Positions 13,711-26,335 of a stretch of 64,000 nucleotides of DNA are shown piece by piece. A program made the position numbers and the translations under genes. The DNA is taken from contig OZ024740.1 of NCBI GenBank assembly GCA_964016885.1, positions 275,156,001 to 275,220,000 of the forward strand. The letters are read 5' to 3'. Position 1 is the first letter of the stretch. The number at the start of each line of letters is the position of its first letter. This DNA is from Eledone cirrhosa. Its lineage: Eukaryota. The notes beneath the pieces are model-generated. The model searched no databases and was not told the DNA's origin. It saw nothing but the letters and a program-made list of their open reading frames with translations.

Positions 13711-13920
13711 AGTAGGGGGGGGGGGGGTCAATCAACTGGTGCCACAAAGTTGCATACAATGTATATGTGGCCTAACGTACTTGAAAACTAACTACATGGT
13801 TTTGAGTGGAAACTTTACAACCATAAAAATGTGGTATTGAGCAAAGCAAATGTACTTATCTCAAAATGCTTCATTGACAAAGATGTTTCACTCATATTCC
13901 ATGGTTGGATAGTTAGCTAA

Positions 13921-14020
<100 letters not shown>

Positions 14021-14295
14021 ACAGAGCATTCATCTGTTAAAACATTGGCTCTAGAAATATGCAAAAGTCTAAATTTGCAAAAGCTATTCCACCTATGTTG
14101 GTAAAAATACTAAAGAAAGAAATGTTGTTTTGACTATTGGAAGATGAAATTGAAGTTTCTTAAGTTTCAAGACAGTCTCACATTTCGAAATAACAATTCT
14201 TAGTTTCAAGTCAGTCCAATGCTGTGTACATACCCAGGTATACGATGCCATATGATAAACAGAAAACAAATCAATAAAAACATAGTGTCGATGTC

Positions 14296-14995
14296 CTCAT
14301 CATCATAATAATTTTATGTCCCCTTTTCTCTGCTTGCTAGGGTGGGACAGGTCCTCTTCAGCCCAGCATTCATCACGATCCTTCATCATCTCCTCTGTGA
14401 GCTTCAGCGATCTGAGATCAGCTCTCACCACCTCCACCCATGATTTCTGTGGTCTTCCTCTACTGCGTCTTTCTTCCACTGGGATTTCTTCTTCCCCCAG
14501 CATTCATCCTCCATGCACATCATATGATGGCCATACCAGTGGTCTTCTCTCCTGCATACACAGTTTCTCTCTCAACTTATCTATGCTTGGTCGTTCACGC
14601 ACATTGACATTGTACATCCATTGGAGCATGATTGATTCATTTCTCTCCAGTTATCGCATATCCTCCGCAGTTGCTGCCCATGTCTCACTACCATGCAACA
14701 TCGCGCATCTCACACAGGCATCATATAACTGATCTTTTGTTCGCAGGGAAAAACCCTTCATTTTCAACAGAGGAAGCAGCTCCCTAAACTTCTTCCATCC
14801 TCTCCTTATTCTAGATACTATGGCCTCAGAGCATCCCTCCTCTCTTGCTAATTTGATCACCTAGATAACGGAAGTTATCAACCACCTCTATAGATCTTAC
14901 CTGCATTTGGAAAATGTGCCTATTACTGACTCTTCTACTAAGTTTTCCTTTCCTGTTAGTTTGCATGCTATCCCACTACACCTCTTGTGTACCCA
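14296..14995 (-). pseudogene. 5'-truncated decayed RTE LINE
   Basis: GCSEAIVSRIRRGWKKFRELLPLL..KGFSLR..LYDACVRCAMLHGSETW and RSRGRPQKSW match the C-terminus of the 38.2-41.1 kb ORF. Confidence 0.9.
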
Positions 14996-15644
14996 AGATC
15001 TACCCAAGATGTATATATTTATATATCAAAAAGATAACACGTTTTTGATATTGTTATTTTGAGTCTAATTCTCCCCAAATTATTGATATGAGCTTCTGAC
15101 AATATGGTTGCTTTTATTGAAAGACAAATGTTAATGACCGAAAATGTACTGTGAATTAGTGGATAAGATTGTTTGTGCTTTTATCTCATAGATAAAGATT
15201 TGTAGATTGAATTCAGTTTGAGACTGCTGACCTCCTCCATGTAAAATCAGAATAAGAGCAGCCTATCTGAGAAAGAGCCCCATGAGGTAGGGGTGGTTGT
15301 TGCAGTGAGTATTCATTGTCTGTGGAAATGTCTTTGCCATTTTGTTTGGATTTAGGTGTAGAGGCTATCACCTTCTCCTCTTCCCCTTTCTTTCTTTTTT
15401 CACTTAATAATCTTTGCCCTTTCCCTCCTTTTCCTCTCAATTATAGCATTTATAGTCTTTTGCAATTCTACATTTTTTTTTATGTGTTTGCCTAAATATT
15501 AAATACTTTATTATTTTTATTTAATTTTATCCTAGAAATAAAGGATCATTTGCTGCTATGTATAGACCCATGAATAAGATGCCAGATAATGAGCAGAGAT
15601 CAAAGCATAGTACCTTCAATATCATATTGTCGTTTAATGTCCAC

Positions 15645-15830
15645 TTTCCATGCTAGCATGGGTTAGACAGGTTGTACCATTTGAGGCAAGTTGGGTAAGG
15701 TGACAATATCCTGCTCATACAGAACTGTTTCTGGCTAGATTTCTACAGCTGGATACCCTTTCTAATGCCAACCACATTTACAGTGTGTGCCGGGTTCTTT
15801 TTGCCGTGATTCCTATGTGATCACTTTACT
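15645..15830 (-). mobile_element. RTE 3'-UTR/tail fragment
   Basis: GTCGTTTAATGTCCACTTTCCATGCTAGCATGGGTT...CTACAGCTGGATACCCTTTCTAATGCCAACCAC matches the RTE 3' end. Confidence 0.75.
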
Positions 15831-16435
15831 GTATAGATGTATATATTTATATCTTGCAAAATGCTTCACCACTAAAGATATTGTTGATGGTTGATAATTT
15901 AATGATTTATAATCTTAGATCATATGTTGTACTTCTAAATTTACTTCTATACACCACCATTTGACAGTTGGACCAACAAGGGAACCTCTATGAAATCATT
16001 TGACTATAATTTTACTCAATTCTTCTTCTTGCATATCAGACTGTTGCTGTATCAGGTTGTTGCCATTTGCCTCATTGAGATCAGTGATCAGTTTCTGGAT
16101 CCCACAGCAAAGAGGTCGACAACTTGGGCCCAATTTTACTCAATTATACACATGATATCAATGACTGCATGTAGCCAGATGTGATCCAGTTGCTCATCTT
16201 CTATCACACCTATCCCCAAATTATTTCACTGTAAAACTACTTGTATTTTGACTTATTTTTTACTATGGAGTAATTTACCTTGCTTGAAATAACAAGCCCA
16301 TTTCCATACTGTTTTAAAAAGGGAAGAATATGCTGGATAAATATATTCCTAGATAAACTCTTCCTAAAAAAGACGAGGTGGTCATGGCTTGAATACCTTT
16401 GATTAGGACTGATCTACATTATAATTTTGACTATG

Positions 16436-16620
16436 ATGGATTGGCAGTATCGGTAGAGCGTCGGCCGCCATGCTTTGCAGCAAAGAGTTACGGCGTTTTA
16501 TGATCTGTGTTCAAATCCCGCCGAGGTTAACTTTGCCTTTCATCCTTACGGGGTCGATAAAATAAAGTACCAGTAATACACTGGAATAATTGCTCGCCTT
16601 GTGCCAAAAGTAGAAACAAT
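16436..16620 (+). mobile_element. SINE family A, full length with 17-bp TSD
   Basis: A/B boxes and family body; TSD ATTATAATTTTGACTAT at 16418-16434 and 16619-16635. Confidence 0.92.
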
Positions 16621-19009
16621 TATAATTTTGACTATAGCTCTTCTTGATTAGAACTGATTGAGTTGGAGCTAAGTGTTAACTCTTATACTACACAGCCCCA
16701 AACAATATTATAAGACTGTCACACCTTGATATTTTATCTATCTAAATATTACATAAAACTGTTTACAACTTCATCAACATCAACATTTATCAATAACAGT
16801 AGCATTTTAATACAACAACAAATAAAACAACAACAAATAAAATCTCCACAACATCAATAAAAACAGCAACAAGATATCTATAACCAATAAATAAATTGGT
16901 TGGACGAAAGATTAATTAAATGACTTTTGAAATCTTATTTTCTTGTATATTGGTTGCTTCTGGTGTTGTTGTTTACCCTCTTTTTTTTTTTAAATTGATT
17001 TCCTGGTAGTTATGTTGGTAATGGTAGTGCCAATGGTTATAGCAAATCTGGTCTCCTTCTTTAAATTTGTTTATTGTTGCTTGTAATATTATCAGCAGCA
17101 GTATTATCCCCTTCACTACCACTCTCGTCTTCCACCAAAAACGGAATTGCCTCAGGCAAAGTTAAGTACACTTGGGAGATGGAAATCTAAGTAAATTATA
17201 ACCCGAAGGACATGTTTTAAACCTTTTGAATGTTATGGTTAAAAAAGAAATAACAGACAAAATCAGTTCTGAACATAGGAGTGTTTTGTTTGTTAACCCT
17301 TTGAGGACTGTCATGTTGTGAAAATAAGCAACAGTATATATTTTACCTTGAGAGCATCATGTGAAATATAAACATATATTTTTTTTAGGAATTTAAAACA
17401 ACCAGTTCTGATAGTATGAATAAATTTTACTCAATTAAAAGATTATTGCAATAACTTTTACTTAAAAAATAATCAGAAAGGATAAGAAAACACAAACAAA
17501 ATAAAAAAAAGAATGATGCCAGACAGAATCAAAAACCAAAGGCACACTAACCAGTTTATAATAAGCTATTGGAACAAATTGTGACCTTGAAGCATAAGCT
17601 AGAATCTACTTGAGGCACTAAAATAGTTGATCAATTCCCAACCTTATATAATACTCATTTAGTTAAAGAAAACAACTGAAAATTCATATCTTCATGTAAT
17701 GTATCAAAGGCAATATTAGTTTCACAGGGAATGTCCTTCACTAATCTGCAACCATACAATGAAGTGCACACAGAACTGCAAGTTCATTGTGTAATTACTT
17801 GTGTCTGCCTTGTGATGTGTTTGCTGCTGGGTAGACTAAATCATTAAAGAGTTAATTATTTTGGCCAGTGATAGAAAACTACCAAATTCTTTGTTGATTG
17901 TTTGCTTATCCAGAGTTTCCAAACTTCAAAATGTCAATACACTAGATCATAAACTACACAGAATTGTGCTACAGTACACTATAATTCTGCATTATTAGAC
18001 AGCTCTGTCATCTTACACGGTATTGCTCTGAAATAAACTGTCACTTCTATATAACAGCCCCCCTCCCCCATCATCATCAGCTCACTGAATTCCACCTCCA
18101 TCACGCTCTGTGCAAGAAAAATATTTAGCTAAATTATAGCAACTATATTTGCATATTTGTATTATCATGAAAATAAACACCAACATATATATATACATAT
18201 ATATATATATAATAGTATCACTATTTCATACACAAATGAAATACGTCTATTTTCTGTTATCCTTTAATAGGGTATTATTTCAGTAGATTTAAACAATAAT
18301 GTATTGAAATTGTGATATAATCTAATAGACAAGAAATGACTTCAACTGGAAAGTGAAACTAGTTTATAAATTTAGTTTTGTATATATATTACCTATATAC
18401 TTACTCATTCAACCCTATGTTTGTTTCTACTCAGACATTAATATTTTACAAATATGCACACAGACACATTTAGATGTGGACACATATTGGAAATAGTCAC
18501 TCAGTTAGTCATAATTATTCATTTCACTTGGAACTGGAGGTTTTCTTCTGTATATATCTTCTTTTATTTTGCTATTATCCTTTCAACATTGAAGCCAGAT
18601 TAGTAACTCATTTTTACCAAAGGAACCTAAGGCAAAAGTGTATCTGTGCCTTATCAAGAAGCAACAGTATGATTATTGCAATAAAAGTCAATCACCTTAT
18701 CCTCTAATGTTTGAGAAGCATAACGACTATGAAGATAATATACTTAAACATTATAGTTATTGTGATATCCATACATGGATATACAGATAGATATATTGGT
18801 TACACCTACATCTTGTTGACTTGAAAGAGCCACTTCTGTAAACTTTATCTGCATGTAATTATGTAGAATAAGTTATAAATGAACAAATCCTATTCAAATC
18901 TTTTGGAGCTCAATACAAAATGTCCACCAACCATTCAATGCTCTCTTTGCTTACAACTGTCTCAAATATATCAACTCTTATTCTCAATTCATCATTGAGA
19001 TTGAAGTCT

Positions 19010-21090
19010 CTAGACTACAGATGCAGTCAATTGATCATTAAGAGTTAAGGCTTGACACCACATATGCAGTCGACTGGTCATTAAGAGTTAAGACTTGAGA
19101 CCACATATGCAGTCAATTGGTCATTGAGAGTTATGACTTGAGACCACATATGCAGTCAATTGGTCATTGAGAGTTATGACTTGAGACCACATATGCAGTC
19201 AATTAGTCATTGAGAGTTATGACTTGCGACCACATATGCAGTCAATTGGTCATTGAGAGTTATGACTTGCGACCACATATGCAGTCAATTGGTCATTGAG
19301 AGTTATGACTTGCGACCACATATGCAGTCAATTGGTCATTGAGAGTTATGACTTGAGACCACATATGCAGTCAATTGGTCATTGAGAGTTATGACTTGAG
19401 ACCACATATGCAGTCAATTGGTCATTGAGAGTTATGACTTGCGACCACATATGCAGTCAATTAGTCATTGAGAGTTATGACTTGTGACCACATATGCAGT
19501 CAATTAGTCATTGAGAGTTATGACTTGAGACCACATATGCAGTCAATTAGTCATTGAGAGTTATGACTTGAGACCACATATGCAGTCAATTAGTCATTGA
19601 GAGTTATGACTTGAGACCACATATGCAGTCAATTGGTCATTGAGAGTTATGACTTGAGACCACATATGCAGTCAATTAGTCATTGAGAGTTATGACTTGA
19701 GACCACATATGCAGTCAATTGGTCATTGAGAGTTATGACTTGCGACCACATATGCAGTCAATTAGTCATTGAGAGTTATGACTTGAGACCACATATGCAG
19801 TCAATTGGTCATTGAGAGTTATGACTTGAGACCACATATGCAGTCAATTGGTCATTGAGAGTTATGACTTGAGACCACATATGCAGTCAATTAGTCATTG
19901 AGAGTTATGACTTGAGACCACATATGCAGTCAATTAGTCATTGAGAGTTATGACTTGAGACCACATATGCAGTCAATTGGTCATTGAGAGTTATGACTTG
20001 AGACCACATATGCAGTCAATTGGTCATTGAGAGTTATGACTTGAGACCACATATGCAGTCAATTAGTCATTGAGAGTTATGACTTGAGACCACATATGCA
20101 GTCAATTAGTCATTGAGAGTTATGACTTGAGACCACATATGCAGTCAATTGGTCATTGAGAGTTATGACTTGAGACCACATATGCAGTCAATTGGTCATT
20201 GAGAGTTATGACTTGAGACCACATATGCAGTCAATTGGTCATTGAGAGTTATGACTTGAGACCACATATGCAGTCAATTGGTCATTGAGAGTTATGACTT
20301 GCGACCACATATGCAGTCAATTGGTCATTGAGAGTTATGACTTGAGACCACATATGCAGTCAATTGGTCATTGAGAGTTATGACTTGCGACCACATATGC
20401 AGTCAATTGGTCATTGAGAGTTATGACTTGAGACCACATATGCAGTCAATTGGTCATTGAGAGTTATGACTTGAGACCACATATGCAGTCAATTGGTCAT
20501 TGAGAGTTATGACTTGAGACCACATATGCAGTCAATTGGTCATTGAGAGTTATGACTTGCGACCACATATGCAGTCAATTGGTCATTGAGAGTTATGACT
20601 TGCGACCACATATGCAGTCAATTGGTCATTGAGAGTTATGACTTGAGACCACATATGCAGTCAATTGGTCATTGAGAGTTATGACTTGAGACCACATATG
20701 CAGTCAATTGGTCATTGAGAGTTATGACTTGCGACCACATATGCAGTCAATTAGTCATTGAGAGTTATGACTTGCGACCACATATGCAGTCAATTAGTCA
20801 TTGAGAGTTATGACTTGCGACCACATATGCAGTCAATTAGTCATTGAGAGTTATGACTTGCGACCACATATGCAGTCAATTAGTCATTGAGAGTTATGAC
20901 TTGAGACCACATATGCAGTCAATTGGTCATTGAGAGTTATGACTTGCGACCACATATGCAGTCAATTAGTCATTGAGAGTTATGACTTGAGACCACATAT
21001 GCAGTCAATTGGTCATTGAGAGTTATGACTTGAGACCACATATGCAGTCAATTAGTCATTGAAAATCAAGACTCAAAGCCACAGATGCAG
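19010..21090. repeat. 43-bp minisatellite, about 48 tandem copies
   Basis: Unit GAGACCACATATGCAGTCAATTGGTCATTGAGAGTTATGACTT, period 43 (19141 to 19184); two recurrent variant sites; diverged copies at both edges; no spacers. Confidence 0.97.
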
Positions 21091-21892
21091 TTAATACCAC
21101 TATTTACAGAATACAATTTTTTTTTCTGCTGGTATTACAGCTCTGTTAGATATTTACATTTTAAAGTTACCAATCAAATTCTGCATTCAGTTACAGATAG
21201 GTACACACATTTCTTGGTGGTGACACACACTCTAATGATACTTGTGAAGCTTTCTATACACATTTGAATTTTGCATGAATCCATTTTTCTATACTAACTT
21301 GCAGCCAAATTATGACCATTATTAATTTGCAGTGTTTAAATAAACTCTTCCTGTAAGCCCAGAGAAGTTATTCAGAAACTGCTTTTGTTTGATTTCATTG
21401 ATTCCCTACTTCATACTCTTGGGTCTCATACTTAGTGTATTGATGACTTTTTGTTCAACCACTGTTAGGGATATAACATAAATACTTGTGTAGACATAAA
21501 CACAGAAACACATAGGCTTCTGCAATTTCTGTCTATCAAATTCCACTCAAGTATATATATGCAAGTAATCTCAATAATTATCAGGTGATGAGAGTGTAGC
21601 CTGGAAGCAGTATGCAATGTTTGTTGTATTTTGAGTTTTAAGTCATAACCATATATGCTCAGTAGCTCACAGTCATTATTTCTGTTCTGCTGCTAAACAT
21701 TTGTAAAATGTAAATGGTACTTCAATTTGTTTTTGTTGTTTCTGTTGTTTTTTTATTGTTTTTTTTTTGTCTTTTTTGTTTTTGTTTTTGTTTGCTGTTG
21801 TTGTTGTTGTTGTTTTCCTTAATGATAGTTTGATGTGAGCTGGGTGGCTGATATGAGCAGAATATCAGTGCTAAGGTTTTGTACCACCTTAC

Positions 21893-21941
<49 letters not shown>

Positions 21942-22072
21942 GGAGAGATAGAGAGAGAGAAAGACATTTATTATGTATAAAAGATTTCCTCCCCATCATA
22001 CACCTTCAATTATGTTGTTTTTCCCTAGACAAGTAATTTATTCACACACACAAACACAAACACCCTTATATA

Positions 22073-23083
22073 TCATCATCATCATCATCATCGTTTAACG
22101 TCCATCTTCCACGCTTGCATGGGTTTGAACGGGAGTTTTCCCACTTGAGGCAAGATTGGTTGTCCTGCTCGTAGAGGACTGTCTGGCAGGTTTTCTACGG
22201 CTGGATGCCCTTCCTAACACCAACCACATTTACAGTGTGGACTGGGAGGTTTTTACCGTGTTACCTACATGACCATATTACAGCGTGGACTGTGTGTTTT
22301 TTTTGTCATGACACCTACACGTCTGGCGGCTTTTCTACGGCTGGATGCCCTTCCTAACACCAACCACGTTTACAGTGTGGACTGGGAGGTTTTTACCGTG
22401 TTACCTACATGGCCACATTACAGCATGGACTGTGTGTTTTTTTGTGGTGACACCTACACGACCTCATTTGTTTCGGACTGGATGTTGTGGTACCAACATA
22501 ACTTCACATTTAAGGGGGTGGTGTGGATGGGGTGGGGGTAGTGGGACGGGGGTGTATTTTGTTAGAGGTGCCTACTGACTATAGGTTTTGCTTTGTACTT
22601 AGGCAAGGCGGGTCTTCTGTATGACTGCGTACCGCCAAAGATCTCGGTCCAGTGACATTGTCTTGGAGAGGTGTGTGTGACGTCGGAATTTATCAAGTGG
22701 TCCTAGGTTTTTTGGGGTCTGCCTACTCCGTGGCTACAATCTATTTTTATCGCCCTGCACATTTTTATACAGCTGTCGTCTTTCATGCGCATCACGTGAC
22801 TGTACCAACATAGTCTTCTCTCGAGTAAACACCATCTGATCCCTGTTATTCCTAATTTCACCCTTAGTTCGTTTATGCTTTGCCGTTCACGTATATTACT
22901 ATTACACATCCAGCGGAGCATGCAAGCTTCGTTTCTCTCTAGTCTGCGTATATCCTTTGCACACAATGCCCAGGTCTCACTGCCATGTAACATTGCTGTT
23001 CGTATGCAGGCATCATACAGCCTGCCTTTCATTTTTAGAGAGAACCCTTTAGCGGCCAATAGTGGTATAAGCTCTCTGAACTT
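22073..23083 (-). pseudogene. 5'-truncated RTE LINE of the same subfamily as the 36.7-41.4 kb element
   Basis: KFRELIPLLAAKGFSLKMKGRLYDACIRTAMLHGSETWALCA nearly identical to the big ORF; 3' UTR with ~140-bp tandem duplication; (GAT)n tail; 5' end abuts (TA)n. Confidence 0.93.
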
Positions 23084-23121
<38 letters not shown>

Positions 23122-23480
23122 TATATGTATATGTATATGTATGTATGTGTGGATGAAGGTATGTGTGTATATATAGGTGTAAGTGCACTAAATCCCTTTC
23201 TATCACGCTCCACTCTCCTACCCATCACAGGAAGATATGTGTATGTATATTGCTTCCACCCCCTCACTGACCAGCAGCTGGCGATTGCTAAATCTGACCT
23301 TTATAAAATAACCCACACCCCAAATAACTTCTCATTCACTACCAGAAAGGGACACAGCAGTCAACCTGTTGTTGCTACCAAGATGAAAACTGCTATGAAA
23401 TCCCACAATGAATTTTATACTTGAATTTTCAAGTCTCAAATTTTAACTCTTCGTATTATTAATTTTTCTTAATATTAATC

Positions 23481-23528
23481 AACATTTGAAAAGATGGCTT
23501 TTGCAGACCCATCGAAACCGGTCATTTT
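23481..23528 (+). ncRNA. Minimal hammerhead-like motif with U3:A8 core variant (Penelope pLTR remnant)
   Basis: AACAT-TTGAAAA-GATGG(cttttgcagac)CCATC-GAAA-CCGG-TC-ATTTT; stem II 5 bp, palindromic stem III, GUC site, weak stem I. Confidence 0.5.
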
Positions 23529-23664
23529 TTATACCCTTTATTATTTCCTTACCTTATAAAATTATGTTTTTTCACAAAAAAGTATTCTGTCTCTTATATA
23601 TTCCATGTGCCATTACCAACCTCAATTTTCTCTATAACCTTCGCTTTGTGTAGAAAATTACACT

Positions 23665-23705
<41 letters not shown>

Positions 23706-23805
23706 TAAGTATGTATACATACATACATATAAGTATACAGACCTACAGTAGTATGTATATATATATATATATACATACATGCACACATATATACATACAT
23801 GCACA

Positions 23806-24033
23806 CAGATGGTTGAACGTCTGAAAGTATATACTTTCCGTATGCATATTAACGGCTGAGCAGCCTAATTTGCATATTGAGTGGGTTAATCGGCCGGGTG
23901 CACCGAAAAGGATTTTTTTCCGTTTATCGTTTTCGGTGCAGCCGGCCGATTAACTCACTCGATATGCAAATTTGGCTGCTCATCCGTTAATATGCATACG
24001 GAAAGTATATACTTTCAGACGTTCAACCATCTG
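23806..24033. repeat. ~228-bp near-perfect palindrome (arms ~108 bp)
   Basis: CAGATGGTTGAACGTCTGAAAGTATATACTTTCCG...CACCGAAAA and its reverse complement ending GTTCAACCATCTG. Confidence 0.95.
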
Positions 24034-24045
24034 GCAGGAAGGTAT

Positions 24046-24088
24046 ATGTTGCTGACGATAGCTAATAAGCTTGAAACTAGTACAGCGT
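24046..24088 (+). ncRNA. Minimal type I hammerhead ribozyme
   Basis: ATGTTG-CTGACGA-TAGCT(aata)AGCTT-GAAA-CTAG-TA-CAGCGT: intact core, stems I and II pair, palindromic stem III ACTAGT, GUA cleavage triplet. Confidence 0.75.
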
Positions 24089-24354
24089 TCCTTTGTTAGT
24101 GTTGAACAAATGAGCAACGATGGTTGCTAGACACTGTACAGCTTAATTCGGGATGTTTGTTTACAAACACACCGAGCATTATAATAAATGTTCGGTGAAT
24201 CCATACGTACATATATATATGTGTGCATGTATGTATATATATATACATACTATTGTACGTCTGTATACATATATGTATGTACGTGTACATACTTATATTT
24301 AAGTAACAGCCGTACTAAGAGTGGGAAATGAAATTTCGTTTCATTTTTTCCGTG

Positions 24355-24391
<37 letters not shown>

Positions 24392-24794
24392 TGCCAAAGT
24401 AAAAAACAAAACCAATAACAAGGAGTGCAGTTACGAACAGTGTTGGTATTAGGTTCACGCTTGAGAGTGGGGGGTGGGGGTGGACGACGTTTCGAGCATA
24501 AGCCCATCATCAGGAGAAAGGTGGGAAGGAAAAGTGTTCTGAGAGGGTGTGAGATATATATGTAATATTTCTTTTAATTGTTTTTTCATTTTTGTCCCAA
24601 AACATCAAGGAAAACTTGCTGTTCCAAAAGACACCATACCCCTGCCAGTGCATTGATATTTCTTAAAGTAATTGCCCAACAACAATACAACAGCAGCAGG
24701 AAATTTTTATAATAATTATGAGTAGCATTAAAAGCTGTAATAGTTGTAACATTACTGACAATAATAATAACAATAATAATAATACTAATAATAA

Positions 24795-25181
24795 TGCTTT
24801 CTTTATTAACCACAAGGGTTTACACAAAGTAGACATTAAGGACAGTACAGGACAATACAGGACGGTACAAAAAGCTATTTCTGCGTGTAAAAATAACTAA
24901 AAAAAGAGGATGTAATAATAGAACAATGAAAAAATTCCCCGAGGGCCATCGTGGAGAAAGCCCATTAAAAAGCCACGGTGACCCTGACCATCAGAGCAAT
25001 TGTCTTCTCCCAGTTTTCCACCTTCAATTTACAGGCATATACTCAGAGTATGTCCATTCACTCGGGCCATTCTTGCCTCTCTCACCCATCTTTCAACAAA
25101 AAGCTGGGAAGAGAGCACCTCCCTTTCTACCCTGATTTTCCTTTTCAAATGAAATTGGAAAAAGTTAATCAGGGCATCACC
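24795..25181 (-). pseudogene. 3' end of an L1/Tx1-like LINE with (ATT)n tail
   Basis: Minus strand translates GDALINFFQFHLKRKIRVEREVLSSQLFVERWVREARMARVNGHTLSICL*, followed by a 3' UTR ending CCTTGTGGTTAATAAAGAAAGC(ATT)n; clade call from memory. Confidence 0.6.
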
Positions 25182-25204
25182 GTAGAGGTAAGTGTAATAA
25201 TAAT

Positions 25205-25428
25205 AATAATAATGGTTTCTTATATAGGCACAAGGCCAGTAATTTGGGGGAGGGGAAAGTCGATTAAATCGACTCCAGTGCGTGACTGGTACTTTATTTT
25301 ATCGACCCTGTAAGGATGAAAGGCAAAGTTAACCTCGGCGGGACTTGAACTCAGATTATAAAGGACCGTAACTATATACTGCAAAGCATGGCATCCGGCC
25401 CGCTACTGACACTGCCAATCCACCACCC
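25205..25428 (-). mobile_element. SINE family A (longer variant) within an (AAT)n tract
   Basis: Family body and A/B boxes on the minus strand; flanked by (AAT)n. Confidence 0.88.
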
Positions 25429-25429
25429 T

Positions 25430-25463
<34 letters not shown>

Positions 25464-25852
25464 GTAGTAGTAATAATAAATTGATAATAATAATGATGAT
25501 GATGATAATATAAAAGCTACTAGTTAAGTAATCATACCAATTAGTAGCTAAAGAAAATATATACTTATAGTATTTTAGTAAAACTTCTAGTAAAGTATGA
25601 TGATATATCTTTCAAATAAATTAGTCTTCAACTCTTACAAAACTACTTATTTACTCTTAAAAATTATTTACCCTCTATCGATTATCTTTTTTTAATTTTA
25701 CTTTTAATTTTATTTTATAATGTCTTATATGTGTGTGTCTGCGTACACGCCTGGGTGTATGTTTGAATGAATCTTTATATGTACAAATATTTAAGTGGCA
25801 TATAAATATACGCATTGTGTGTAAAGTGCAATAGTTCATAATATACCTAAGT

Positions 25853-26335
<483 letters not shown>

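Noticed and set aside
15213-15440. 75-aa minus-strand ORF in unique sequence
   Set aside because: No true ATG or splice acceptor, low complexity, no recognisable homology
19010-21090. CRISPR-like array
   Set aside because: Units are contiguous with no unique spacers, there are no cas genes, and the context is eukaryotic; the 43-nt period and stop codons also exclude a coding repeat
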